The notes under the pieces were generated by a model. It saw nothing but the letters and a program-made list of their open reading frames with translations. It searched no databases and had not been told where the DNA came from. Position numbers and translations under genes: made by a program. A DNA stretch of 57,294 bases, from positions 1 through 57,294 of the forward strand of contig JBDTQF010000001.1 of the NCBI GenBank assembly GCA_039932275.1. Direction: 5' to 3'. How positions within the stretch are numbered: position 1 is the first letter of the stretch; each line of letters begins with the position of its first letter. The stretch is from Burkholderiales bacterium (GTDB lineage: Bacteria > Pseudomonadota > Gammaproteobacteria > Burkholderiales > Burkholderiaceae_C). This document shows, one piece after another, positions 10,340 to 20,788 of this stretch.

Positions 10340-11461
10340 GTGAGTGAGAGTGGTTTGCAGATTCTTTTTCTTGTCAGTTCGCTGAATTCAGGCGGTGCCG
10401 AGCGGGTGGCCTCGGTGCTGTGCAATGCCTGGGCGGAACGAGGCGATGCGGTGACGGTCATACCGACGTATTCAGGCGGGGGGGGATCCTTCTACCGCTT
10501 CCATCCGAAGGTCCAAGTGCGCTTCTTGGCCGATGCTGTGAAGCGGCGGAGGTTGGAGCCTGGCTATGTCGCACGCATGCGCACGCTGGCGCGCATGGTT
10601 CGCGATGCGGGGCCCGATGTAGTGGTGTCCTTTCTGTCGAATGTGAATACGTCGGCGGTCGTCTCGGCAGGTCGCATGGGTGTGCCCATCGTGATGAGCG
10701 AGCGCAGCGATCCACAGCACATGCCGATGTCTCGTCTCCTGCGCCTGGCCTGCAACCTGACCTACCCGCGTGCAAAGGCATTGGTGGTGCAGACGAAGGC
10801 GGTGGAGGCCAAGGTTGGCCGGTACTTCCGCCTGCCCAAGCTGGTGACGACGATCCCCAACCCGTTGCCGGAGGCCATTGGGTCGATGCAATGCCTCGCA
10901 CGTGCTGACGCACCGCGCAAGACGCTGGTGAGCGTCGGGCGTCTGTCCGAAGAAAAGCAGGTGCACCGCATGATCGACGCTTTCGCGTCGGTGGCCGCCC
11001 AGTTCCCGCAGTGGGACTACGCCATCTATGGCGATGGTCCGTTGCGCGCTGCCCTGCAGATGCAGATTGACCGCCTGCAGTTGTCCGAGCGGGTCACGCT
11101 CAAAGGCAATACGACTGCGCCTTGGGATGCCATGGCCCAGGCGCATGCCTTTGTGATGGCCTCGCGCTTCGAGGGCTTTCCAAACGCGTTGCTGGAGGCG
11201 ATGGGGCTGGGTCTGCCCTGTGTGGTTTTCGACTGCGAAAGCGGGCCTCGCGAGATCTCGCGCAATGGCCAGGACGCGCTGCTGGTGCCGCTGAATGACC
11301 AGCCGGCATTGGCCGGCGCGTTGCTGCAGTTGCTGGGCGATGCGGCGCTGCGCGAACAACTGGGCAGTCGGGCGCGGCAGTCGGTGCGGGAACGGTACGG
11401 GCTGCCTCGGGTATTGAGCGAATGGGATGCGGTGTTCAAGGCCGTCGGGGCCGTGTCTTGA
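10340..11461 (+). CDS. Glycosyltransferase family 4 (PglH/PglJ-like)
   Basis: GGAERV, SER, VGRLSEEK, SRFEGFPNALLEAM, DCESGPREI. Confidence 0.9.
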   Translation: MSESGLQILFLVSSLNSGGAERVASVLCNAWAERGDAVTVIPTYSGGGGSFYRFHPKVQVRFLADAVKRRRLEPGYVARMRTLARMVRDAGPDVVVSFLSNVNTSAVVSAGRMGVPIVMSERSDPQHMPMSRLLRLACNLTYPRAKALVVQTKAVEAKVGRYFRLPKLVTTIPNPLPEAIGSMQCLARADAPRKTLVSVGRLSEEKQVHRMIDAFASVAAQFPQWDYAIYGDGPLRAALQMQIDRLQLSERVTLKGNTTAPWDAMAQAHAFVMASRFEGFPNALLEAMGLGLPCVVFDCESGPREISRNGQDALLVPLNDQPALAGALLQLLGDAALREQLGSRARQSVRERYGLPRVLSEWDAVFKAVGAVS

Positions 11462-12606
11462 ACGTCGTTCACGTCATCGTCGGGCTCAATGTGGGAGGTG
11501 CCGAGCGCATGTTGCAGCGCCTGGTGGCGGCTCACGGTGCAAGCCATGGCGGGGTGCATACCGTGGTCTCCCTGACGTCCCCCGGTGTGATTGGCCCAGA
11601 ACTCTCGGCGGCTGGCGTAGAGGTGATTCCATTGGGTATCCGCTCGCCGTTCGACGTGCCGGGTGCGCTGCTGCGTCTGTATCGCCTTTTGCGCCAGCGG
11701 CGGCCCGAAGTGGTGCAGACCTGGATGTACCACGCCGATCTGCTGGGTGGCAGCGTCGCCCGGCTGGCTGGGGTTCCGCGGGTCATCTGGGGCGTGCGCA
11801 CCACCGAAATCGTCAAGGATAGTGCGGGATCCGCGCGGTGGGTGCGGCAAATCTGCGCGGTGATGTCGCGCTGGGTGCCGCATGCCATCGTTTGCGCGGC
11901 CAACGCGTCCGCGCGCAACCATCGAGCGCTGGGTTACGCAGGCGGGCGCATGGTCGTCATCGCAAACGGTTTCGATGTGACGACCCGCACGCCGCTGGAC
12001 GATGAGGCGATAGGCGCCTTCAGGGATTCGCAAGGACTGGGCCGCGAAGATTTGGTGGTCGGTTTCGTCGGGCGCTTCAATGGCGCAAAGGACGTTCCGA
12101 ATTTCGTGGCCGCGGCACAGCGGGTGGTTCGTGCGGTGCCTGGCGCGAGGTTCTTGATGGTTGGCCGAGGTATTGACGCACGCAATGAGTTCCTGGCCGA
12201 CTTGATCCGCGACGCGGGGTTGGCAAGTCACATGGTTTTGCTGGGGGAACGTTCAGACATTGCGCAGTGCCTGGGTGCAATGGATGTGTTCTGCCTATCG
12301 TCTCGGACGGAGGGCTTTCCCAATGTAGTGGGCGAGGCGATGGTGATGGGCGTGCCCTGCGTCGTCACCGATGTGGGTGATGCGGCGCTGATCGTGGGGG
12401 AGACCGGCATCGTGGTGCCCAGGCAGGATGCCGAAGCGCTGGCCGCAGGTATCGAGAGCTTGGCGCATCTGACCCGGGGGCAGCGGCGAGCGTTGGGTCT
12501 GCGGGCCCGCCAGCGCATCGTCGCCGAATTCAGCATGGACCGCGCCGTGCAGAAGTTCGACGACGTGTACTGGGATAAATCGAGAACAACAACGGGGAAT
12601 CCATAA
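11458..12606 (+). CDS. Glycosyltransferase family 4
   Basis: [45 protein letters not shown] start overlaps the previous stop. Confidence 0.9.
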   Translation: MNVVHVIVGLNVGGAERMLQRLVAAHGASHGGVHTVVSLTSPGVIGPELSAAGVEVIPLGIRSPFDVPGALLRLYRLLRQRRPEVVQTWMYHADLLGGSVARLAGVPRVIWGVRTTEIVKDSAGSARWVRQICAVMSRWVPHAIVCAANASARNHRALGYAGGRMVVIANGFDVTTRTPLDDEAIGAFRDSQGLGREDLVVGFVGRFNGAKDVPNFVAAAQRVVRAVPGARFLMVGRGIDARNEFLADLIRDAGLASHMVLLGERSDIAQCLGAMDVFCLSSRTEGFPNVVGEAMVMGVPCVVTDVGDAALIVGETGIVVPRQDAEALAAGIESLAHLTRGQRRALGLRARQRIVAEFSMDRAVQKFDDVYWDKSRTTTGNP

Positions 12607-12608
12607 GC

Positions 12609-14588
12609 ATGTGTGGACTGGTGGGGGTTTTGGCCGCGGATTTGGGCGGATCGAACGAAGACTTGACGGGGTTGCTGCGACCGATGGCCGACGCCATCAT
12701 TGCTCGCGGGCCCGACAGTGATGGTTATTGGGCCGACACGCAATTCGGCATCGGCTTGGCGCATCGACGGCTTGCCATCGTCGACCTCTCTCCGGCGGGC
12801 CATCAACCGATGGGTTCACCCAGCACGCGCTACATGCTGGTGTTCAACGGCGAGATTTACAACCACCTTGAGTTGCGCGAACAGCTGGAAGCCACCGGCC
12901 GCGCGCCGACGTGGCGGGGACACTCAGACACCGAAACGCTGCTGGCCGGGTTCGATGCCTGGGGTATTGAGGCCACGGTCGGGCGCAGCGTCGGGATGTT
13001 CGCCCTCGCGGTATGGGACCGACAGGACCACGCGCTCACGCTGGTGCGTGATCGTCTCGGCGAGAAGCCGTTGTATTACGGGTGGCAGGGTGAGGGCCGG
13101 GAGGCGGTGTTCCTGTTCGGTTCAGAACTCAAGGCGTTGCAGCGGCATCCGGCGTTCAAGTCCCGCGTCGATCGCAACGCTTTGGCCTTGATGCTGCGGC
13201 ACAACTACGTACCGGCGCCGCATTCCATCTTTGAGGGCATTGCCAAGCTCGAAGCGGGTTGCCTGCTCACGCTGCGGGCGGGGGGGCAGCGCACACCGGC
13301 CATTAGGCGGTACTGGTCGGGCGCACAAGTGGCGCGGGATGGGCTCACCCACCCGTTCGAAGGCACGCCCGAACAGTCCGTCGATGCGTTGGAGGTGTTG
13401 CTGAAGGACGCGGTCAAGCGGCAGATGATGGCCGACGTGCCATTGGGTGCCTTCTTGTCCGGCGGCGTGGATTCATCGTTGATCGTTGCACTGATGCAGG
13501 CGCAGTCGAGCCGGCCCGTGCGCACCTTCACCATGGGTTTCCATGATCCGAGGTTCAACGAGGCGGCGCATGCCAAGACGGTGGCCGCGCACCTGGGCAC
13601 CGACCACACCGAGATGTATGTGACGCCTGAACAGGCGTTGGAGGTGATTCCGCGGTTGCCGACCATCTATGACGAGCCGTTCTCCGATTCGTCGCAGATC
13701 CCGACCTTCTTGGTGTCGCAACTGGCACGCCAGCACGTCACGGTCTCGCTGTCCGGCGACGGTGGCGACGAGTTGTTCTGCGGCTACAAGCGTTACCAAG
13801 CTTCCGACAAGCTTTGGCGCGGTATTTCGGCGACGCCCATGGGTGTTCGCAAGGTCGGCGCGGGCCTGTTGACGGCGTTGTCACCGGAGACCTGGAGCCG
13901 TATCGCGGATGCCTTGAGCCCCGTCCTCCCCGTCATGCGGCGGTGGAACAACTTAGGCGACAAGCTGCACAAGGGCGCGAGGGTGTTGGGGGCCCGCACG
14001 GCCGAGGAGTTGTACCTCAGCATGGTCTCGCACTGGCACAAACCGGCCGAGGTGGTGACGGGTGCGACCGAGCCGCCAACAATGATGAACGGCAATGCGC
14101 CGCCTTTCGAGGCTTTCAGCGATGTGTCGCGCATGATGGCGCTGGACATGCTGAACTACCTGCCGGACGACATCTTGGTCAAGGTCGACCGTGCGGCGAT
14201 GAGTGTGTCGCTGGAATCGCGCGTGCCCCTGCTCGATCACCGGGTGGTCGAATTCGCCTGGCGCCTGCCGCTGGCCTACAAGTTGCGCGACGGCATCACC
14301 AAGTGGCCGCTGCGGCAGGTGCTGTTCAGGCATGTGCCGCGTCAGTTGATCGAGCGGCCGAAGATGGGGTTTGGCGTGCCGCTCGCTGCCTGGCTGCGGG
14401 GGCCGTTGAGACCCTGGGCTGAGGACCTGCTGGACGAGGGGCGCTTGCGCCGGCAAGGGTTCTTCAATGTCGCACTGGTTCGGCGCAAATGGACCGAACA
14501 CCTCAGCGGCCGACGCGAGTGGCATTACCTGCTGTGGGACGTGCTGATGTTTCAAGCCTGGTTGGCCGGGCAGCCAGCCGCGCATTGA
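12609..14588 (+). CDS. asnB: Asparagine synthase (glutamine-hydrolysing) family amidotransferase
   Basis: N-terminal [61 protein letters not shown]. Confidence 0.95.
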   Translation: MCGLVGVLAADLGGSNEDLTGLLRPMADAIIARGPDSDGYWADTQFGIGLAHRRLAIVDLSPAGHQPMGSPSTRYMLVFNGEIYNHLELREQLEATGRAPTWRGHSDTETLLAGFDAWGIEATVGRSVGMFALAVWDRQDHALTLVRDRLGEKPLYYGWQGEGREAVFLFGSELKALQRHPAFKSRVDRNALALMLRHNYVPAPHSIFEGIAKLEAGCLLTLRAGGQRTPAIRRYWSGAQVARDGLTHPFEGTPEQSVDALEVLLKDAVKRQMMADVPLGAFLSGGVDSSLIVALMQAQSSRPVRTFTMGFHDPRFNEAAHAKTVAAHLGTDHTEMYVTPEQALEVIPRLPTIYDEPFSDSSQIPTFLVSQLARQHVTVSLSGDGGDELFCGYKRYQASDKLWRGISATPMGVRKVGAGLLTALSPETWSRIADALSPVLPVMRRWNNLGDKLHKGARVLGARTAEELYLSMVSHWHKPAEVVTGATEPPTMMNGNAPPFEAFSDVSRMMALDMLNYLPDDILVKVDRAAMSVSLESRVPLLDHRVVEFAWRLPLAYKLRDGITKWPLRQVLFRHVPRQLIERPKMGFGVPLAAWLRGPLRPWAEDLLDEGRLRRQGFFNVALVRRKWTEHLSGRREWHYLLWDVLMFQAWLAGQPAAH

Positions 14589-14647
14589 GGGTGCAAGCCC
14601 TGTTCGCGGCCGACGTTATTACCGGGCCGCGACATTGCGGTTCCGCG

Positions 14648-15847
14648 TTAAGTGCGGGCGCTCCCTCGGCGCCAAGGCTGAATGGCATGCTTGAGCCGCG
14701 CGAGCTTCTCTGCCACCAGCGGGTCCCGCTGCGCCGCGTTGCGCGCTGCTTCGCGCAGCAGCACGTAGATGACGCTGAAAGTCAGCGCCATCATGAAGCT
14801 GAGGACCGTGATCATGCCGCGCTTGGGCGAGGACTTCCACTCGGGCACTGGTGCTGTATCGACCACCTGGATGAGGGCGCCGTCTTTGGCCTCATCCGAG
14901 CGCGCAAGCTCGTATTGGCGGGCCATCAACTCGAACAGTGTTTCGTAGTACTTGAATTCGCGAAACCGAGCGACGTACTCAGCACCGGCTTTGTTGGTGT
15001 CATCGCCGACGTCAGCGCGTTCTGCCTTGGCTAGTTGGCTGCGCAGAGAGCCCAGCTCGGCCAGCGTTAATTGAAGCTCGGGGTTGCCGGGCGCCATTTG
15101 CCCCCGCAGCACTGAGATGCGCACTTCGGTGGCAGTGATCTGGGCTTTGAGCTGTGCGACGCCCGCGATGGCTGCCTCCGGGTTGGTCTTCAGTACGCTC
15201 TGGTTCACGCCGCTGGCGCGCAGGGCAGTCTCAGCCTTGACGAGTTTGTCCTTGGCGTCCGATAGCTGCCCCTCGAAGAATACTCGGCGTTGCGCAGCTT
15301 CAGTCACCGCGAGGGTCTTGCTCAACTTCTGCAGTTCGTCCACATAGGCATTGGCCATGTCGGCCGCGGCCTTGGGGTCGTGGTCAGTGACGTCAATGTT
15401 GATCATCCCATCCTTGCCGGCGGTGACCACCGTCTTCCCGCCCAGGGTGTTGCGGGCCTGGAACTGGTACTCGGCTTCATAACGTTCGCGCAGATTGAAG
15501 CGGGCGATCATCGCGTCTTGTACCGTGCGGCTCTTGAGGAAGCCGATCCACTGGTCAGCCGGGTTTTTCAGCGCACCACCGGCGGCGGCACCAGCCAAGC
15601 CACCCAACGAACCGAGCAGCGCAGCAGCGCCACTTTGCTGCTGCTGCGGCAGCATGATCTGGGTACTGCTGGTGAAGCTGGGCGTGATGAGGTAGGTGGC
15701 GCCCAGCGCCACGGCGCCGATGAGCAAAGGCATGCCCAACACCAATTTGAGATGCCGTGTGAGCACCAGTGCCAGGTCGAGCCCCGACACCTCATGACGC
15801 ACAGGCGTGGCTGCAATGGGTGGGGTGGCGGGAGGCTGTGTATTCAT
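14648..15847 (-). CDS. Wzz/GNVR-domain polysaccharide chain-length regulator
   Basis: Two TM segments flank a coiled coil; QVVDTA.VPE.KSSPKR motif precedes the C-terminal TM. Confidence 0.85.
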   Translation of the reverse strand: MNTQPPATPPIAATPVRHEVSGLDLALVLTRHLKLVLGMPLLIGAVALGATYLITPSFTSSTQIMLPQQQQSGAAALLGSLGGLAGAAAGGALKNPADQWIGFLKSRTVQDAMIARFNLRERYEAEYQFQARNTLGGKTVVTAGKDGMINIDVTDHDPKAAADMANAYVDELQKLSKTLAVTEAAQRRVFFEGQLSDAKDKLVKAETALRASGVNQSVLKTNPEAAIAGVAQLKAQITATEVRISVLRGQMAPGNPELQLTLAELGSLRSQLAKAERADVGDDTNKAGAEYVARFREFKYYETLFELMARQYELARSDEAKDGALIQVVDTAPVPEWKSSPKRGMITVLSFMMALTFSVIYVLLREAARNAAQRDPLVAEKLARLKHAIQPWRRGSART

Positions 15848-15854
15848 GGCAGCC

Positions 15855-18248
15855 TCAATTCCTGAGCGTCTGGATGGCCGCCGCCGTGAGCCCAAACTGG
15901 TACAGGATCTGCGACCAGTCCTTGAGCCCTCGCACAAACGCCGTCCAGAAGGTTTCGCGGTTGGTCTTGCCGGGTACCACAACAGAGTCGCCAGGCATCA
16001 GGACGACTTTTTCTATGCCCGAGAACAACCCTCTGCGGTTGCTGTGCACTATCGAGCCATCGGCACGTACGACGAACATATTTTCCATGTCGGCCTCGGC
16101 GTTCACGCCGGCTGAGTCGAGGTAGTCGGCCAGTTTGCGATTGGGTTTCCACAGCAGAGCGTTGTTGTTGGCTACTGCGCCCACCGCAAATACATAGGCG
16201 GGCCGCGGTGGCACCAGCAGGCGGTCGCCGTCTTCCAGGCGCAGATCTGGCAGAGCCTGCGCACTCTCGGCGCGGGGATCAAGCTCCAGCGAGATGCGGC
16301 CGCTGGCCTTCATGCTCTTCAGGCGGGAGAGTTGAGCCCGGCTGGCCGCCAGTTGCGCGGCTTGCAACTGGTCGGCGCTCTGTGCATTGGTGGCCGAAAG
16401 GTTGGCGGCTTGCGTTGCACCTGCGTTGGCCAGCTCCACTTCCAGGCGCTTCACCGCATCGTCCAGCGCAATCTGCTGCTTCTGGCGCGTTTCTTCGCGG
16501 GCGAACTCGGTGCCGTAGACATAGGCTTCCGGCGTCAGGCCCCCGGCGCGGGCGATCAGCGACTGCAGCGTGTCAGCAGGCGCGACCTGGTAAATGCCCG
16601 GCGCGGCCACTTCGCCTTCCACACGCACCAGGCGGGTCTGGCGCGCCACGGGGTTGCGGATGTCGTTCTTGGCGAAGATGGTCACCACGTCGCCGGGTTG
16701 GAGCAGCAAGTCGTTGCCCTTGTCGTGCTCGAGCACGACCTTGCCAAGGTTGAACGGGAGCAGTTGCATCGTCAACGTGTTGGGGTCAAGACGCTCGACG
16801 GCGGCGTATTCCCAGTTGGGTTCGTCGACGATGTTCTTCATGTCATGCGCCACGGTCGCCGTGTTGACGTCGCGTGATTCGGTGAACTGCACCAGCTTGT
16901 TCTTGCGCACGTAGTAGTCGGGGGTGATGAGCGCGTCCTTGTCGGGGATGAGGTCGCTCACGCGCATGCCGGGCATATAGGGGTAGCGCAGCGGGGCGGC
17001 CACGTTGCCGCGCAGCGTCACGGCGTTGGCGAACTGGGGTGCCACGCTGAACAGGGTGAGCACGTCGCCGTCGCGCAGTTTCATGTTGCCGATGGCACCG
17101 GCCAGTTCCACCTTGTTGACGGTGCGCGGTGCGCGCGGGTTGCTGGCGTCAATGCGTTCCAGCTGGGCGTTCTGCATGTTGGTGGCGGCATTGGTGCCCC
17201 CACCGTAGGCCAGTACGCTGGCAATGGTTTCACCGCCGGGCTTGAGCTCGTAGATGGCGGGTGCGTCCAAGGCACCGATCAGCGCTGCGCGCGGGCCAGC
17301 GGGGATGAAGACGATCACGTCGCCGGGCTGCAGGCGGGCGTCCTGACCCTTGTTGCCGTTGGTGATGAAGTCGTAAAGGTCCAGTTCGGCCACCACGCGG
17401 TCGCCGCGCTTGAGCTGCACGCTGCGCAGGCTGCCGTTGGCGCCCGGGCCGCCGCTGGCGAACACCACGTTCACCAGGGTGGAGAGGCTGCTGACGGTAT
17501 AGCTGCCGGGCCGGCGGGCCTGCCCCACCACGAACACCTGGATGCTGCGCAGCTGGCCCAGGGTGACATTGAGACTGAAGTTCTTGTACAGCCGCCCGAT
17601 CTGGCTTTGCAGGTGGCCTTGCACCTCGTTGGCCTTGAGCCCGGCCACGCCGATGCTGCCTACGCGCGGCAGGCTGATCTGGCCGTTGCGGTCGACGGTG
17701 GCGCGGTAGTCCACGTCGATGGCGCCCCAGGCGCGGATGTACAGCTCGTCGCCGGGGCCCAGCACGTAGTCGGCCGGCACGGGGATGCGGTCGGTCGGCG
17801 CGAAGGTGCGCTCGGCCTCGTCGAAGTAACGCTGGCCAAAAAGTGGCAGCGCCTGGCCGGTGGCGTTGTAGACGAAGCGCTGGAACTCGTTGGGCACCAG
17901 CGGCTGGCGCACAGTGCCACCGCCATCGGCCTTCACTTCCTGGGTGGCGCGGTCGCCGTTGCCCTGCTGCGGGTTCAGCAAGTCGGCCGGGCCGTTGGTG
18001 ATGGTGGGCACACCCGGGGTGGTCGGCGCGGTTGCCGGGCCGAGGCCGCTGGCGCTGGGCGCCATGGAACCAGCACTGCCACCACCTGCCGCGCCCATGC
18101 CGCCACCCATCCCACCACCGCCACCGCCACCGCCACCGCCGGAGGTCATTGCGCTCTGCGCCTCGGCTGCACTGGGCCAGAGGCCGAGGCTGGTACCACT
18201 CACTGCCAGCCAAACCAGGGCCGCAAACCGGGAACGGATCAATCGCAT
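15855..18248 (-). CDS. SLBB-domain polysaccharide export protein (Wza/KpsD-like)
   Basis: Signal peptide MRLIRSR...SAAEAQ, DYVLGPGDEL, VDRNGQISLPRVG, repeated V.V.G.V..PG.Y SLBB units. Its own ATG at 18248 lies inside a longer in-frame ORF. Confidence 0.9.
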   Translation of the reverse strand: MRLIRSRFAALVWLAVSGTSLGLWPSAAEAQSAMTSGGGGGGGGGGMGGGMGAAGGGSAGSMAPSASGLGPATAPTTPGVPTITNGPADLLNPQQGNGDRATQEVKADGGGTVRQPLVPNEFQRFVYNATGQALPLFGQRYFDEAERTFAPTDRIPVPADYVLGPGDELYIRAWGAIDVDYRATVDRNGQISLPRVGSIGVAGLKANEVQGHLQSQIGRLYKNFSLNVTLGQLRSIQVFVVGQARRPGSYTVSSLSTLVNVVFASGGPGANGSLRSVQLKRGDRVVAELDLYDFITNGNKGQDARLQPGDVIVFIPAGPRAALIGALDAPAIYELKPGGETIASVLAYGGGTNAATNMQNAQLERIDASNPRAPRTVNKVELAGAIGNMKLRDGDVLTLFSVAPQFANAVTLRGNVAAPLRYPYMPGMRVSDLIPDKDALITPDYYVRKNKLVQFTESRDVNTATVAHDMKNIVDEPNWEYAAVERLDPNTLTMQLLPFNLGKVVLEHDKGNDLLLQPGDVVTIFAKNDIRNPVARQTRLVRVEGEVAAPGIYQVAPADTLQSLIARAGGLTPEAYVYGTEFAREETRQKQQIALDDAVKRLEVELANAGATQAANLSATNAQSADQLQAAQLAASRAQLSRLKSMKASGRISLELDPRAESAQALPDLRLEDGDRLLVPPRPAYVFAVGAVANNNALLWKPNRKLADYLDSAGVNAEADMENMFVVRADGSIVHSNRRGLFSGIEKVVLMPGDSVVVPGKTNRETFWTAFVRGLKDWSQILYQFGLTAAAIQTLRN
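18112..18140. repeat. (CCACCG)4 simple repeat encoding a poly-Gly linker in the SLBB protein
   Basis: Read directly; the protein has SGGGGGGGGGGMGGGMG. Confidence 0.8.
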
Positions 18249-19034
18249 GAAACAGCGTGCCTTCGAGAAGGGGGGAGCGACGAAAAGATGGCGAAGTGTA
18301 AAAGCCTGGCGAGGCCGGATCGGCGCTGGGTGCCGAACTGAGAAAATTTGTTTGCGATTTGCATGAACGCGCCCCGATCTGGCAGATCGGGGTGGCCCTT
18401 CGATGGCTGCCTGCACGATCGGCCGCGCCCATTGCGGCGTGGCCGCCAAGGCTGTGGCGTCGTCGCGGGCCGGGAACACCATCCGGCCGTCGGTCATTTC
18501 AAGCACCAGTACCGGGTCTGGAATGTCGTGCCCCGACAGCGCCTCGGCACTGTTGTCGAGCACTTGCAGGTGCGCGAGCACCGGCAGCAGTTTGATCAGG
18601 TTGACGCGGGAGGCGACCCAGCGCTCGCGGATTTTTTGTTCCGCAATGGGGTGGCCACCATGGGCCACGCGCAAGGCGACCCGCGCGAGATGTTGTTCGG
18701 GTGACGACAGGCCGCAGAAGAGCATGACGATCCGATGGGTGAGTGTGGCCTGGGCCAGCAGGTCGGCGATGGTGCGGCCGCCCAGGGTGGTTTCGAACGC
18801 GTGGTTCGTGCCATCGGCCAGTGCCGCTTCAAGCAGGTATTTCCCATGCTGCCAAGCCTGGCTGTTGGCCTGTGCCAGCGGCAGGTCAAACTGGACCGTC
18901 AGTTCGCGGGCATAGGCATCGAGATTGAACCAGGTGAGTCCGTGATCGGCCAGCATGGCGCCACCTACCGAGCTTTTCCCGGCGCCTTTGACGCCGGCCA
19001 GGACGAAGATGAACGGCCGTGCGGCGGCAGGCAT
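18249..19034 (-). CDS. Zeta-toxin-like P-loop kinase (COG4185-like); no stop codon of its own, continues in frame into the SLBB gene
   Basis: VLAGVKGAGKSS P-loop, FETTLGG, RVALRVAHGGH.I....IRERW and DNS motifs. Homology appears to end near 18400. Confidence 0.75.
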
Positions 19035-19381
19035 CAGAACGACGGGCCGGCTTTCGGGCGGCGGGCCAGCTTGCCCTTGGCATTGAACAGTGCAGTCACC
19101 TGCTGTGCCGCGTCGGGTCGTTGCAGCACGGCCAGCCGTGTGTTGAACCGCTCGGTCAATGCGTCCAGCGCCGATTGCTCGCGTGCCTTCAGTGCGTGAA
19201 TGTCCTGGGTTAGTTGCCGGTAGGTGTTTGCGTCCAGCAGCACCATCTCAATCGTCGAATGGTGGGTGACTGCCACGCTGCCCGATTGGCGCACCATTCG
19301 CACCACGTCGCCCCACTTGTTCTTCACCTGCGAGGCGTTTTGGCGGGGCAAGGCATCAAGGCTTGGCAGGTCGGTGATCAC
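19034..19381 (-). CDS. Phd/YefM-like antitoxin
   Basis: ASQVKNKWGDVVR.V...G.VAVTHH....MVLL Phd-like N-terminus. Stop overlaps the toxin ATG (TGATG). Confidence 0.75.
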   Translation of the reverse strand: MITDLPSLDALPRQNASQVKNKWGDVVRMVRQSGSVAVTHHSTIEMVLLDANTYRQLTQDIHALKAREQSALDALTERFNTRLAVLQRPDAAQQVTALFNAKGKLARRPKAGPSF

Positions 19382-19413
19382 GGCAGCGCTCCTGGCGCAG
19401 GTAGTTGGGGCAT

Positions 19414-19432
19414 TGTGGCAAAAATAGCCACA
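19414..19432. promoter_or_regulatory. Putative toxin-antitoxin operator palindrome TGTGGC-N7-GCCACA
   Basis: Perfect 6-bp arms with an AT-rich spacer, about 33 bp upstream of the antitoxin start. Confidence 0.55.
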
Positions 19433-19433
19433 T

Positions 19434-19606
19434 TCAAGGGACCGGCTCTCCCAGCACCAACGGCAGCTCCCACACCGGAATCACCTTGACATGGCGGGCC
19501 AACGGGTAGCGCCGCACCACGGGTGCGACCACATCGGCCTGTTCGATGGCCTGGTCTTCGAGGGCTTGCCAGAAACCGCGGACACCATCAGCGTGTCCAC
19601 CCGCAT
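19434..19606 (-). pseudogene. Remnant of an AAA_14/DUF4143-type ATPase gene (start plus the last ~48 codons)
   Basis: RGFWQALEDQAIEQADVVAPVVRRYPLARHVKVIPVWELP resembles C-termini of this family as I recall them. An out-of-frame ATG directly follows the 17-bp palindrome. Confidence 0.6.
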
Positions 19607-19643
19607 CCTTGTAAATTGATCGGCTACCGATCAATTTACAAGG
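19607..19643. repeat. Perfect 17-bp inverted repeat CCTTGTAAATTGATCGG-cta-CCGATCAATTTACAAGG
   Basis: Read directly; overlaps the last codons and stop of the DegT gene. Confidence 0.95.
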
Positions 19644-20757
19644 CAAATCCCCGCGCCGCCCGCGCCACGTGTTCGAGCTGCGCCGCGCTGATCTCCGGAA
19701 ACATCGGCAGCGAAAGAATCCGTGACTGATGAGCGTGAGCCACCGGGAAGTCCTCCGGTCGATGTCCAAAGCGCTGGTACGCGGGCAAGAAGGGCAGCGC
19801 GACGGGGTAGTTGACGACGGTCTGCACGCCCTGCGCAGTCAGGTGCCGCGCCAGCGCGTCGCGCTGTTCGTGCTGCACCACGTAGAGATGCCAGACATGT
19901 TCGCGGCCATCGGCCACGCTGGACAGGGTCAGGCCCGGTATGCCGCGCAGTGCTTCTGCATAGGCCGTGGCCACCTGCTGGCGGCGCGCGGTCCAGGCCG
20001 GCAGGTGGCGCAGTTTGACGCTGAGGATGGCGGCCTGCAGCCCGTCGAGCCGGCTGTTGATGCCTTCGATCACATGCTCGCCCTTGGTCAGGCCACCGTG
20101 GCGGGCGAAGCGGGCCATGCGCTCGGCGAGTTGGCGGTCGGGCGTGACCACGGCGCCGGCGTCGCCCATCGCACCGAGGTTCTTGCCGGGGTAGAAGCTG
20201 AAGGAGGCAGCGTTGCCGAAGGTGCCCACCAGCCGGCCCTTGTAGCGCGCCAGGTGCGCTTGCGCGCAGTCTTCCAGCACCCAGAGCTTGTGCTTTGCGG
20301 CCAGCGCCATGATGGCGTCCATGTCGGCCGGTTGGCCGTACAGGTGCACGGGGATGATGCCCACCGTGCGCGGGGTGATGCGGGTGGCGATCTGCGCCGG
20401 GTCGATGGTGAAGGTGGCCGCGTCGGTGTCGCAGAACACCGGCGTGCCACCGGCCTGGGTGACGGTCTCGCTGGTGGAAATCCAGCTGTGTGCCGGCACC
20501 AGCACCTCGTCGCCGGGCTGCACGCCCAGCGCGTGCATCGCTATGTACAGGCTGTCGGTGCCGTTGGCGCAGCTCACGCAGTGAGCCACCCCCAGTGCGG
20601 CGGCGAATTCTTCTTCGAAGCGCAGCACCTGCGGCCCGCGCACGAAGGCGCTGGTGCGGATGACCTCGGCGATGGCCGCGTCGATCTCGTCCTTGATGCC
20701 GAGGTACTGGGCGTGCAGGTCGTTGAAGGGGACAGTGACGTGGGAGGTGGAAGCCAT
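19636..20757 (-). CDS. DegT/DnrJ/EryC1/StrS aminotransferase (WbpE/FdtB-like)
   Basis: VPFNDL, NGTDSL, PVHLYGQ, EDCAQAH, SFYPGKNLGAMGDAG, NSRLDGLQAA. Confidence 0.92.
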   Translation of the reverse strand: MASTSHVTVPFNDLHAQYLGIKDEIDAAIAEVIRTSAFVRGPQVLRFEEEFAAALGVAHCVSCANGTDSLYIAMHALGVQPGDEVLVPAHSWISTSETVTQAGGTPVFCDTDAATFTIDPAQIATRITPRTVGIIPVHLYGQPADMDAIMALAAKHKLWVLEDCAQAHLARYKGRLVGTFGNAASFSFYPGKNLGAMGDAGAVVTPDRQLAERMARFARHGGLTKGEHVIEGINSRLDGLQAAILSVKLRHLPAWTARRQQVATAYAEALRGIPGLTLSSVADGREHVWHLYVVQHEQRDALARHLTAQGVQTVVNYPVALPFLPAYQRFGHRPEDFPVAHAHQSRILSLPMFPEISAAQLEHVARAARGFAL

Positions 20758-20788
20758 GGCGTATTGTCGGAGCCCGGCAGCCGGATCG

